A stretch of DNA of 63,944 bases, filler included, from Lenisia limosa (taxonomy: Eukaryota > Protista > Breviatea): the NCBI GenBank assembly GCA_001655205.1. It is 13 parts of 13 records of this genome, joined end to end, with 100 filler letters (N's around TTAATTAATTAA, not from the genome) between each part and the next. Parts side by side here need not be neighbours in the genome. Positions count along the whole stretch, not along the records: positions 24,561 to 29,686 come from LPNZ01008741.1; positions 29,787 to 34,220 come from LPNZ01011548.1; positions 34,321 to 38,222 come from LPNZ01002055.1; 10 more parts are not named here. One strand, written 5' to 3'. The translations under genes were made by a program, and so were the position numbers. This document shows, one piece after another, positions 25,624-37,521 of this stretch (positions are counted from its first letter, which is position 1; each line of letters begins with the position of its first letter). The notes under the pieces are model-generated. The model was not told the DNA's origin and ran no database searches. It saw only the letters and a list, made by a program, of their open reading frames with translations.

Positions 25624-28600
25624 ATGGGGCAGGAACAGTTATACTCGTTCGTTCCTGCTAGAGTTCTAACTCTCTGCGAACGATCTTGGAGGCCTCAAAA
25701 GCAGGTCTTCAAGGGTGTTGCGGTCTTCGCTGATATTTCTGGATTCACTCCGCTTACTGAAAGATTACAAAGAGAGGCAGAAGCAAAAGGATTTGGCCCT
25801 GGAGGAGGCGCCGAGATTCTTGTCGCTTTCCTCAATGACTATTTCGGTACTCTTGTCAATCTTGTTCGCGAGTACGGAGGAGATGTCGTCAAATTCGCCG
25901 GAGATGCCCTCTTGGCAGTTTGGCCTGGCGTTGATTCAGCAGATGCACCGCTCCCTGACCTTGTTCGCAGCTCTATTCAGTGTTCTCTTGCTATTCAGGT
26001 ATGAGTGAGGCAAAGGGAGCGCTTTCAGTGCTATTCGTTGTTTCATTGTTTTCTTGATATCTCTTTTCTTAGCCATTCCGCTTGCATATTTTGATTAATT
26101 TTAAAATGCTTATCCTATTTTGGCGGCAATTAGGATATTTCTGGTTTTTCTTCCATGGTTTCAGATTAACTTGGGCCCTTCTCAGTCTTCTCACCCAGCA
26201 GGACTACCTTGCGAAGAGAAAAGAGCTGGAACCTGATCTTCCCAGCCTCCATCTCGGCATTGGAGCCGGTGACCTCTCTCTGGTAGGTGGCGGTTGATCA
26301 TGGCGGTGTCAGCTTCTTTGTCCTGAAGTGGCTATCCTAGAGGGGCTCCTTTATTCACATATATCTCATGAAATGGATGAAGTGAAGCTTTGTATTGAGA
26401 TAATGTTGCGAATTGACTGGATTGGTCCGCTTCTCTGACCAGTCTTGATTATGGGTAGTCTTATGAGTTTGGTGCGCTGAGTATTACACGACCGACTTTT
26501 GGCTGTTTCATATAATTGGGTGGCAGAGATGATTGCCCGTATTGTTGGATATCCAGTAGCTGGATTTTGTCGCAGACTCTTGTTTTCAGATTTGGTTATC
26601 ACGGACACATTTTCTTCTCTTTGATTTTATTTTATTTGCTATTTTTTTTATTTTTTTTTTACTCTTTTCTTCTTTTAAGATCCCCCATTGAGTCTTTATT
26701 TACATATTTTCTTGGTTTTGTGGTTAATTGATATCTTGGGTGATTTTTATGATATCGTGTAATTTCATGGGGTTTCTGTTTCACCCCCCCCCCCCCNNNN
26801 NNNNNNNNNNNNNNNNNNNNNNNNNNNNNNNNNNNNNNNNNNNNNNNNNNNNNNNNNNNNNNNNNNNNNNNNNNNNNTGGACCGCCCATGAAGCAAATCG
26901 CAGACGCCTGCCCCCTGGCACATGGGGGTGACGTGGTGCTCGCAAGCCCGGCATGGGACCTTGTCAAGGACACGTGCTCGGGAGTGGAACTTGAGGGTGA
27001 TTCCGGCTGCGTACGGGTGACTGGTGTTCTCGACCCTGTTGTTCCCAAGAGTCTTATTGACTATGAAACCCCCACAGTCGGTATGCAGAGACTAATGGCG
27101 ACGGATGGGGGGGGGGGGTCTTTCCAATCTTCAGTACCATGGCTCGTTTTACACCTGTGTTACCGTGATCTAATATCGTAGATTCGCGAGGAGTGAGCCG
27201 CTTTATCCCCGGCGCCGCGCTCAACGCCTTAGATGGCGCATCTTCAACCTGGCTAGCCGAAAACAGGATTGTGTCCGTCATCTTCATCAATATTCAGGTA
27301 CTTCTTATGAAATTGAATTGTCGTACTTGCCCTTGTTTCCTTTTTTTTTTTTTTTTTTTTTTTNNNNNNNNNNNNNNNNNNNNNNNNNNNNNNNNNNNNN
27401 NNNNNNNNNNNNNNNNNNNNNNNNNNNNNNNNNNATGATTCTCTTTCTGACACATTCGTCCATCAAAGTATGCTGTGGTGTTGTTTGTGTACAATAGCTC
27501 TCCTGTTTTCTCTTCTCATTCCTACAGTGAGCAAGGTCATGGCTGTTCTTCAAGACTCGCTCTACAAATTCGAAGGAAACATCAACAAACTGCTTATCGA
27601 CGACAAGGGTTTTGTTGTGGTAGCGGCGTTCGGCCTGCACCCCTTAAGACACGAAGATGACCCGGTCAGAGCCACTCTCGGTTGGCTTAAAACTTTATTG
27701 GAGCGCAGGACCTCAGTCGATAGTTTTACAAGGGGTTTTTTCTCTGAAGCAATTCTGACACTCTAGCTGCGGTGCTGATCCACGAGGGTATCTACGGCCT
27801 GGGCCTGCGTTGCTCCATCGGCGTCACAACTGCCACTGCTTTCTGTGGAGTTGTCGGTTTGCAGGATATTCTGCTTCCTTTCTTCTCGGAAACCATATTT
27901 TTGCGTTTTTTTTATATATCTTTTACCACGTTAGGAAACCACCTTCGACGCGAGTACACTTTGATGGGAGATGTTGTGAACACTTCTGCACGTCTCATGG
28001 CCTCAACAAAGGTTTGCCCAAAGTCTGTACTTGAGTTGGGTGCCGATATTTATTCACAATAAATGATGTTATTTTTTCAAGCTCAAACTGTCAGAGATTC
28101 TAGAAATTGTGATTCAGTATTTCCCCCAATTGATCAAATTGACCTTCTTGACCGGATACAGGACGATATCCGCTGTGACACCGCTACCGCCGGACACCCC
28201 CAAAATAGAGTCGATTATGAGCATATTGATGTGGGGTGGTTGAGCATAATGGGGAGAGGGAGAGCTTTATTTTCATTTCCTTCTTGGCAACCTCTGCATC
28301 CTTTTTTTGCTCGTTATACCTGCTGACCTTTGCAGTCTCTGAAGTTGAAAGGCAAAAAATTTAAAGTGGACGTCTACAAGCCCCTTCTCAAGACTCAACT
28401 CGAAGTAAGCCTTCACTCCCCTAGCATCTCAACATTCAAGCCCCCTGTCATCACCAGGACAATTCTCCCCTCTGTTTCCAAATTCCCTCATTCCCTAGCG
28501 CCGTAAGCCCACCGAGGCTGACTCATTCCTTCTCTACGGACGAACTAATGAAATTCGTGACGTAGCCACCAAAATCCAAATAGTCCGTAACATCAAGAGG

Positions 28601-29566
28601 AACCACACCGGACCAAGCGAAGCTCAGGTTATTGTTCTTGATGGTGTGTTTCGTGGCTCACTTGGGGCTTTATTTCCGCGTTTCAGATCTTTCTTCATAA
28701 CCCTATTTACATTGACGCCACCAGGAGAGGCCGGCATGGGCAAAACCCGTCTCATTGAAGTGGCTGTCCGAATGGCTTCGGAATTCAACCTCATCAATCT
28801 CTTCGGGTTCTGCGAGAGTCTCGAGAAGGACACTCCGTTCTACCCTTGGGGCGCGGTGTACGCCAAGTTGTTTGGTGGGTCTTCTGCAATACTGTTTATT
28901 AATCCCCATAAATACCACTTTCTTATCTAGAGCACTTCAGGTCTTTGGTTCACTCATTAGGTCTCAACGACAACCAAACAATTGACGAGAGAACACAAAT
29001 GATCCATGGACTGCTGTCGCGAGCCGAGGGTGACTTGGTGGACTATCTGCCCTGTCTCAACAGCTTGCTCAACATCAACGGCGAGGTGGGTGTTGGCTCC
29101 TTTATTTGGTCAAGAAATGAGCAATCAGAGAACAAGGAACCATTATGTATAGTATTGATTACTGAAGTAGTATACTCATTGTCACAGATTTCTGCGAGTC
29201 AACAGTTTTTTTTTTTACTTTTTTCAACCTCAGTCAATAACCTCAAAAGGAAACCGACAAGTCACGTGACCTCAACGAACTCCAAAAATTGGCCAAACTT
29301 CGTGAATTGCTGCCTGAAATCTTGACTCTCTCCCCTGTACCCAAAATTGTCGTTCTTGAGGATGTGCATAACATGGACAATTTCTCTTGGGGTGGGAGGG
29401 CAGTCTTCTCGTTCTTTTGCTAGGTTTACTTAATCTTTTGTTGTTGATTTGTTGTACGGTTCTTATCGCCTCGCAGATCTGCTCTACAAACTCGCCACTT
29501 GCTCCCCCCGCCTCCTCATCATCCTCTCTTTCAGACCATATGTGTATGACAACCTGCGTCCCCAGG
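25624..29566 (+). CDS. Soluble-type (ADCY10-like) class III adenylate/guanylate cyclase with two catalytic domains and a P-loop NTPase domain; 3' truncated
   Basis: C1 FADISGFTPLTE and GGDVVKFAGDA; C2 IDDKG...AFGL..H.DD..RA, SIGVTT..AFCGVVG...RREYTLMGDVVNTSARLM; Walker A GEAGMGKT; Walker B IVVLEDVH; all exons GT-AG. Confidence 0.92.
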
Positions 29567-29860
29567 TAATAGGGGCAAGATAGCACTCGGAAAGGTGGAA
29601 AATAATTAGGGCTCCGTGCAATTAATTTTCGTGATTGTATTGGTGTTGTCTCTAAATTTTCCTACTAGGGAGTTGATATCTTGGGGNNNNNNNNNNNNNN
29701 NNNNNNNNNNNNNNNNNNNNNNNNNNNNNNTTAATTAATTAANNNNNNNNNNNNNNNNNNNNNNNNNNNNNNNNNNNNNNNNNNNNACACGTAACCTCTT
29801 TATACCCACAACAGATATCGATATATGATTCTCTAATTACACAACACTAATCTCCCAAAG

Positions 29861-30808
29861 GATACGCTCGTGAACTGGAAGAGAAGAGAAACAAGATTAA
29901 GAAGATGGGCGTCAGGAAGACCACATCAAAAACATATGGATCCGCTGTCCGCACCTACAAACATATGTGCACAGAATTAGGATACAACGAATTCCCTATG
30001 ACAGATGAGAAGGTTAGCTGATCCAGCCAGAGACTTATTTCTGATTTCACAGGTTGAACTCTGGATTGCGGAAGTCTCTTCAACTATTACAAGTGCTCAA
30101 ACCATTGGAAGTTACGTATCTGCCCTTGCTCGATATGCACTGCAAAACGGCCAGGAGCACCCCACGAAGAACCGCTTCGGCCCCGCCTCTATGGTAAAGA
30201 ACCTTCAACAAGAACTCAAAGCAAACCCAGTCAAACAGGCTCAACACATGTCAGTATCTCAGTTTAAAGCTTTGGTTGCTACTAGGCCTCCAATTACTCC
30301 CGATAACACCCTAATCCGAACAGTCTATCTTGCTGTCTTCTTCGGAACGTCAAGAATGGGTGACATTCTCCCTCCCACTGCAAAGGACATTGAAAGAGGT
30401 CCTCCTTTATCCTCGGTTAAATGCTCCTCCCATTCAGCCTCTTTTGTCAGTAGTTTCACTAAGAACTCAAAGCGGCCTGTGACCTTCCGCTACCGACCAA
30501 CGGCATCAAAGACCATTTGCCCAGTGGCCGCAATTGCAGCCCTCAACGAACAATCAAGCAACAATGTCAAGAACGTTCATCGTGCCTTGTTCATTTGGCC
30601 ATCCGGTAGTCTGCTGAGAGTTTGAGCAATGTATGACATTCTCCGGTCTGACTTGATCAAAACTGGTCTGTCTGAGGAAGAAGCCCTCCGTTTCACCGTT
30701 CATTCCTTCCGCCATACCAGCACGACCAATATGACTGGAACTGAGGAGGAAAAGATGAAACGTGGAGGCTGGAAGTCTATTAAGATGCTTAGGAAGTATG
30801 ATCATTGA
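29861..30808 (+). mobile_element. Intron-containing tyrosine recombinase gene (Crypton-like, DIRS/Ngaro-type YR), one in-frame TGA; 5' end missing
   Basis: Exon 29861-30012 (KTTSKTYGSAVRTYKHMCTELGYNEFPMTDEK), 40-nt GT-AG intron 30013-30052, then VELWIAEV...; catalytic set R (TSRMGD, 30353), K (TKNS), HSFRH (30701-30715), GGW (30770) and Y (30797); TGA at 30623-30625 with the same frame continuing. Confidence 0.88.
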
Positions 30809-31297
30809 TCGAAATATATGTGCTTCCTTGATTTTGTGTGGATTTTTGGGTTGGTGTTATGGGTTTTAACCCTATACACAATCGTCCAACATGGTTGTCC
30901 TCCTGACACTGCAATCCTGGCTTTCAATATACCGATCTCAATATCCTTACACTATCATAGTCGAAGAAGAAAGGAAGTGATAGGTTTCAACAGAGAAATA
31001 AAATAATCCATCTCTTAACTTTCATACAAGACACAAAACATGTTTCAAAATCAATGTTTTTGAACTAACAACACGTTATCAGTTGCAAAACCTCAATAAC
31101 CAGTGGAATAAAATACCTTGTTTGCCTTGTTTTGTTACCCCTTCTCTCTCTGTCTGTGTCTCTTTCGCTCTTTGGAGAAATCAAAATACCTTCTGAAGTG
31201 AAAATTAGGACGCTGTCCTCTTGCCTGTCAATCCGCGGTTGTAGCGTTTGGTGTCATATCCTTTTGATCCATCATTCCCCCTTCAATTTGCTCCGCA

Positions 31298-31833
31298 AAA
31301 GGTCCTCGCAAGAGCAGACATCCGTTTTAATCCCAGTCACCCATCGCAACAAATCATCTATGACTCAGAGGATGCAGGTCACTCGGGCGTCTATTGATAT
31401 CCAACTATCCAACCTCCTTGTGGCACTGATTCGGAGACAGCACCAGCTACTCTCTTGTTTTGATAGAGCCGTCACCATTAAATGATCGAGCTCAAATCTT
31501 GCTAGTAATTCCTTTTGATCACTTTTTCAAGGTGTCAAACTTTCTTCAAAAGAGTGGAATCGTGTTATCTCTCAGACAAGCAGGAAGAGCTGAGTTGAGA
31601 GCGGTGAAACCCCAGGACAGTCGAAAGGATGATATTATCAAATCTTCAGTATGCAACATGTATATAAGAATCATGATCGAGTGCCTTGGTACAACTCAAC
31701 AAGACTTGTTCCCCTACTGAAGGAATTTGACCCAAAGCCTGACGTTCCATTGGATACATTGAAGCGAGTGAATATTGAGGCACCAACAACAGAAGGGCTT
31801 GATGCACGTGCCCTTCAGCTTGAAAAGATATAG
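31298..31833 (+). CDS. Putative spliced gene downstream of the recombinase, unknown product
   Basis: Blocks KVLARADIRFNPSHPSQQIIYDSEDA, EPSPLNDRAQILL...DDIIKSS and NHDRVPWYNSTRLVPLLKEFDPKPDVPLDTLKRVN...EKI* with plausible GT/AG. Confidence 0.3.
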
Positions 31834-33361
31834 CTGAAGAAGAGGTGTATCAGAGAGTATAGCAGATAGTAGATAGTAGACTGCAGTACCTTCGGTTTTT
31901 TGCCGAATTGTGGACGGCACATGTGTGTTTTGACCATGTTGGTTGATTTGAATCGATGACTCATCACCCAAGAAGTAGTCAACGATGGGGGAGTTGTTTT
32001 GGGGCTACGGTTCGAGGGCGTTGAGGAAGTGGTTTGTGTCACCCTGGTCAGTCGTGGACATTTATTCACCGTGTATCGTATTATTACCACAAAATAGTTC
32101 ATGTTTCCCCAACAAGAAGGCTGTTGATTACTTTTGCATAAAAGATCTTCCAAGCTTTCGCTGGAAAAGAAACATGTTTTACATCTCTGGCTATTAGTCT
32201 GTCTGACAATGCACCGCATCCTTCATCAAGCCCTTTGTGTGGATACAGTATGCCGTTGGTTGATTTGTCCTATCTAACACTTAAACATTAACTATGTAGA
32301 TCATGAAGTCAACCCGTTGGCTATTGCAGCTGCCGTTTGTAGTCCAAACGCCAATGAGATTACACGTACTGTTGCTAAGAAACACGTAAGTGGCCGGATT
32401 GGGGGGAGGGTGGATAACGAAGTAGTATATGCAAACTCTTTTCGGTGCCGAGGTTAATACTGACCCCTTTGCGGTTCACAGTTAACACGTCCTTAGAGCT
32501 GACGCTTCATATCACAATCCTTGGAAGACGTTTGATGATATCAAATAAATTGATAGCTTTAAACTACCTTACATGGATAGTGAAAATTGGTGTCGAAGTG
32601 AAGCCCAAGTTTAAAGATGACACGAGTTGAAAGTTTCAAGCAAAAAGGAGAAACCAAAAAAAATAATCACAGAAACCTCAAATTAAACTGAAATTGATTA
32701 TAAACATCCGAATTTCAGAAAAGACAAACAATTACTCATAGCAATGCTTATTAATAGAGATTTACTTCTCCCTCCTTCCTAATCATTCATAAACAGATGT
32801 GGTTAAACATAACATATACTACACTAATACATCTTTATATTGTAGCGCCTCCCACGCCACATATCATATTTTGTATTCCCCTGACTGCTACTATTCCATC
32901 GTTCACCCCATCATAAATCTTAAGAATCAAGCATAAACCCAGCGCACCCCGTCATCACAGTATTCTGCAAGATCAAAGGAATACACTGCCCCTTCAGAGG
33001 GCCTAAAATATGAGGAAAATACACAAGTTTGAAAATGTAAAAGAATAGCCTTGATATGAGGTAACAAATAACCCTGAAAACGGTCAAGAGAGTCTGAGTT
33101 TAACAGGCAAGTAACCTTGAAAACGGTTAAGAGAGTTTAACAGGAACTTGACAACATAACACAAGGACAAAACAAACCCATAATTATTGAGTTACTACTT
33201 ACTATTGATATCTTTAGGTTGAAGGAATAATACGTTAATATCAGCTTCACTGGCGCTCCAAAATTTATGTATCTTATCGATAACTTTCGAGGATTTATCG
33301 AGAAATTGGATTTAGAACTGAAAGTGAAGCCTAATTCGAAATAGTTACCCCTTAGCCCACA

Positions 33362-33765
33362 GTTCAGTAGTGTGCAAAGGGAACACACTCCTTGCGTATG
33401 AGAAATGCAGAGTAGCTGGTGCTGACGCCATGTCGACAATATCAGCTGGGGGGGGGGTAAGTATGGACAATTTTAGAAGAAAAAAGAACACAAAATCAAC
33501 TCGGATGAAAGCAACAAAACAAATTACAGTCGCTTTTGTAGCACTGATTCCAGTCACTCTTATATGATATCTACAACTGCCCCAGATTTTACGTGCTTCA
33601 GTTGAGACTTTGTTGCAAAAAAAAAACAGTCCCACCAGCACTGCAGGTGAAGTTGACTCGGATATCCATTGGGTCGCTGCTGCCGCCGTCATAAACGTAG
33701 CTGTCGTTCTCGATTGGTGGTGTTTCGAGGAGGGTGTATCCCATGTCAAACTCAAAGAACACTGG
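33362..33765 (-). CDS. Two exons of an unknown gene
   Basis: VFFEFDMGYTLLETPPIENDSYVYDGGSSDPMDIRVNFTCSA | ADIVDMASAPATLHFSYARSVFPLHTTEL with canonical splice sites and a C-run acceptor. Confidence 0.5.
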
Positions 33766-34320
33766 AGGGATGTAAGGAGAGGTTAGTGTAAGGATTGAAA
33801 CAAGAAGGAGTACTTCAATATCATACTCCATACAACTGATAGAAATATGACATATATGTCAGTTCAAAATTCCGGTTTTTTTGCAAGATCCGGTTTTTTT
33901 TAAAATTCACCTTATACCCCAGGATTTTTAATAAAAAATGTTTTTGACAAAAAAGTTGCTCAGAAATTGCAAAAAAACATATTTTTTTTTGCAATTCTTA
34001 TTTCGTAATATTTTGTCAAATGAACTGAACTTGGTCACCAAGTTGCCTTTGTGGAAACTTTTTACTTTTCCAGACCCTTTTTTAAAAGTTAGGCAATTCT
34101 ATGGTTCAAGTTGATATTTTAAGCAATAGATCGTAGCAACTTTTTAAGCGCAAAATAGGCCAGGAGAACTCGTTTCTGAGGTCCATTTTGGTCCATCTCT
34201 TCACTGCGACAAGATATTTGNNNNNNNNNNNNNNNNNNNNNNNNNNNNNNNNNNNNNNNNNNNNTTAATTAATTAANNNNNNNNNNNNNNNNNNNNNNNN
34301 NNNNNNNNNNNNNNNNNNNN

Positions 34321-35068
34321 GAGACAGAGCGGCGAAGTACTGCTGGATCTTCTCCTCAGTAGTAGCGTCACGACGGTTGTCGTCGACAATGTTGGGGGTC
34401 AACAAGACAAAACCCAAAAAAACTCGCATCAACATAAGAAAAACAATAATATATTGAGAGGCTGGTGAACCTTGTGGACAATGATATGATGTGAGAACAA
34501 AATCATCACCAGTATACAGTAATCTTAAGGAAGTCATCATAAGTCTTGAGCCAGCGGTCGAACCAAGATGTGAAAAGGTTGATAACCTAGTTTGTCGCGG
34601 AGTAGTGGAGAGATACTGCCTGATTATATAAAGGAGAAATAGAAGGGAAACATAGCAAAATCAAAAGGCTACCTACACCATCAATCCGATCTCCTTCTTC
34701 GTGGGGAAACGGCCGTCCTGATGTCCGAGAAGAGCCAGGTGAGAAGATAACCCTCAACATCGGGCCATAGTTTGGGCCTCCGCCCAATGTTCTTCTTCAT
34801 GGGAACCTTATTATCCTTAATGCACTTGTAGGCATCTGTGTATAAAGACCTAGAGACACCAAAGAGCTCAGCAATTTCCCTTACGGAAAACTCAATCTTC
34901 TCCTCAAGGATTCCGTGGGGTAGATGATCTTTTTATGGAGAGACAATCCAAGAAACACCAGGAACCTTCCTGAAGAAGCGCTTAGCTGTTTTCAACTTTT
35001 CTTCAATAACTTCCTTACCCCTCTTCTTGAACACCAGAGTCCTTATAAATGTATAAGACTGCCAAAAC
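34321..35068 (-). mobile_element. pogo/Fot1-like (Tc1/mariner superfamily) transposase N-terminal region with introns, probably degenerate
   Basis: FSVREIAELFGVSRS (HTH), GRRPKLWPDVEGYLLTW...GRFPTKKEI (CENP-B-type HTH, frameshifted), FTSWFDRWLKTYDDFLK and DDNRRDATTEEKIQQYFAAL match the order of pogo-family motifs; DDE domain lost at scaffold end. Confidence 0.7.
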
Positions 35069-35468
35069 AAATTAAGGTAAGAGTGTAAAGGAACTTTTGT
35101 TAAAAAAAAATGGAAACAAAAGGAACACATGGCTAATGTTCGAATTTTGACTGAATTTTCCAGTCATTTTTTTTTGTTCAGTAAGTGATGGTCTACAACT
35201 ATCCCTGTGACTCTCTAAAAAAAAATAGAAGAGAGAGAAAAAAACTATTCACCAATCCGAGGATCGAACCCATGTTTCGGATCCAGAACCTCTCGATTAA
35301 AAACTGAGACCCGAACAACGGAAAATTGAAAGGAACCGAGAAACGGAACCGGGAGTGAAGCTTTAATATACTATATACATGTATATATATATATACATGT
35401 ATATATAGTGTACACTGAACGGGAAAAGACTTGACCAATTTTCCTTGGTAAATCATTAAGTTAATCGG

Positions 35469-36700
35469 TCAAGACTTATCCTGGTCACTGAATATGTATG
35501 TATTCAGGATTTCGCTAACCTCATTAAGTTTGGAAATAAGATCTATCACCTCTTCCGTCTTGGCCAGTTTGGTTGTATGAACATTAGTGAACGACTGAAG
35601 GCTCTCTTCAGTTACTGTGAAAAAAGAGGTTTCAGATACATTGCTGTTTCCTTCCACAAGTTGACTGATGTGATGAAGGAGGCCTTGAAGATATTAACAA
35701 TCTTAAAGAAAAAAGAGGATTCGAAATTAGCAAACAGGGAAAATCAGACAAAACTAAGAACATTTAAGAATAATCCGCCTACCAGTTTGTTTGAACTTGA
35801 ATGTGTATTTACCATTGCTCTCTTCCCGGGAGTCAAAAGAGTACTGAGAAAGGTCATGGCTGGAAGAATGGAAACGTTGTTCGAGAAACTTTTTCAGAAC
35901 AATGTCGGGGTGAATGCTGCCGATAACACTTGTTCCAAAATCAGTTGGTGCCATTTTCCCCGAAATAACAACAGACTCCGCATCCCTAGCTTTTGATTCA
36001 TCATCAGAAGAGGGCACGCTGCAACATAGACTGACCGTGAAACCTTCAAAGTGGTCAGGAACAAGGACAGACACCTCTCCACCCAAACTCCTTCCACCAC
36101 TAACCTAAACATTCTCCTTGTTGAGAGCTGAGCAGGCTCTTTAACACTTTTGAAGCAGGCCCTGAGATGAAACCACCATTGTCCAAGTGGACAACTCTGC
36201 TGTAACTGAGGGCTTTTGGGTTTAAGAGTTCATCATGGGGCTTTAACATGGCTTCTCCTCCTTCTCCTTCTCCTTCTACTATGCCTTGCGGGCCAACAAT
36301 CAGAGGAAATAAACTCTCTCTGAAATCCTTTCCAACTACATTGTAATTTTCTAAAAAGGGGTTCGTCGAAAAGTCAAGATCTTTGACTTGCTCCAGAATT
36401 TCCTGTTCTTTTCTTTCTTCCCTTTCTCTTTCTCTTTCTCTTTCTCTTTCATCTCTTCTTCTTTCTCTTTCTTTAACTTGTATTTCACGTTCTTTACAAG
36501 TGAAAGGTTCATCCACAAGTTTATCCACCATTATTCACTTGAGCGGAGCAAGTTTGTCAACAAGGGTGTTTGCTTCTTTTCTGCCTTTAACCTACGTGAT
36601 GGTTGAGTTGTTGGAATTGTTGTATGACACAATTTTACACTGGTCCAAGGGATGCTATATGGGGGGTCACTCTCCTGACTGTGGCTGGTTTTGTGGCAGG
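35469..36700 (-). pseudogene. Long decayed reading frame including an (ER)n tract
   Basis: ORFs 36100-36531 and 35754-36086 plus upstream in-frame sequence, separated by single stops or frameshifts; TCTCTT microsatellite encodes ERERE. Confidence 0.35.
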
Positions 36701-37431
36701 GTGGTGGTGAAGAACAGGAAGGAAGAACATAGTATAAGGGTTGGAAGGGATAAGAGCGACAAAGGCAGGAGAACGACTCGACCCTAGAATGTCGTTAAAC
36801 TCCACCAGTAACCGTAAGAAGGCCGCTGGAAGGTTTGCTTAATGCCCATTATCAACATTATATACTATACTGTTGATCAGGATGCAGGGAAGTCTCTCTG
36901 ACATCATTCTGCGGAGTATTATTCGCGTATCTCTCTATCATTAGCAATCAATTCAATGGTGGATTTTACCCTTGAAGTTGTGGAATTCTAAATCCCAGAA
37001 ACAGGGCAATAATTGTTTTAGGAGCACTCCCTCCAACCAGTCGCCCCTCTTCAGAGACAACTGTGAGTTGTTTTTGAACAACAACAAAACAAGAAAAAAA
37101 TTCATCAGTAGAAGATATTATACATACATAGATATATATTTTTATATATATANNNNNNNNNNNNNNNNNNNNNNNNNNNNNNNNNNNNNNNNNNNNNNNN
37201 NNNNNNNNNNNNNNNNNNNCTAATGCAGCACCCTGTTTAACCCAATGTAGCGCCCATGCAATTTGGTAGCGGAGAGGCCAGTGATCGTCTCCTTGAAAAG
37301 AAGCTTCTTGACGACTTAAGTCTGAGACGGAAGGGTGGGGAGGTTATTGTGTGAGGCTTATTTTGTTTTGAGATGAACCCTCGTGCTATTTCGTTCATAT
37401 GAACGTAGCACTTATGGAGTTATGTCAACAC

Positions 37432-37521
37432 TAGGGCTTCCCTATGGTCCGAAAAGACCGGTAACATTATCGATATTTATCGAGGATTTATCGAGAACTT
37501 TTATTGAGACGTAATGAACTA
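37432..37521. mobile_element. hAT-type MITE with 8-bp TSD
   Basis: TAGGGCTTCCCTATGGTCCG...; flanks GTCAACAC and GTCCACAC (7/8); partial copy at 37688-37750. Confidence 0.8.

Noticed and set aside
30623-30625. Non-standard genetic code (TGA as sense)
   Set aside because: The spliced RCL1, kinesin, cyclase and A2M exons contain no in-frame stops and use TGG for Trp; interrupting stops occur only in mobile or decayed sequence.
25624-30808. Tyrosine recombinase element inserted in an intron of the adenylate cyclase gene
   Set aside because: An artificial spacer at 29731 separates them, so they lie on different scaffolds.
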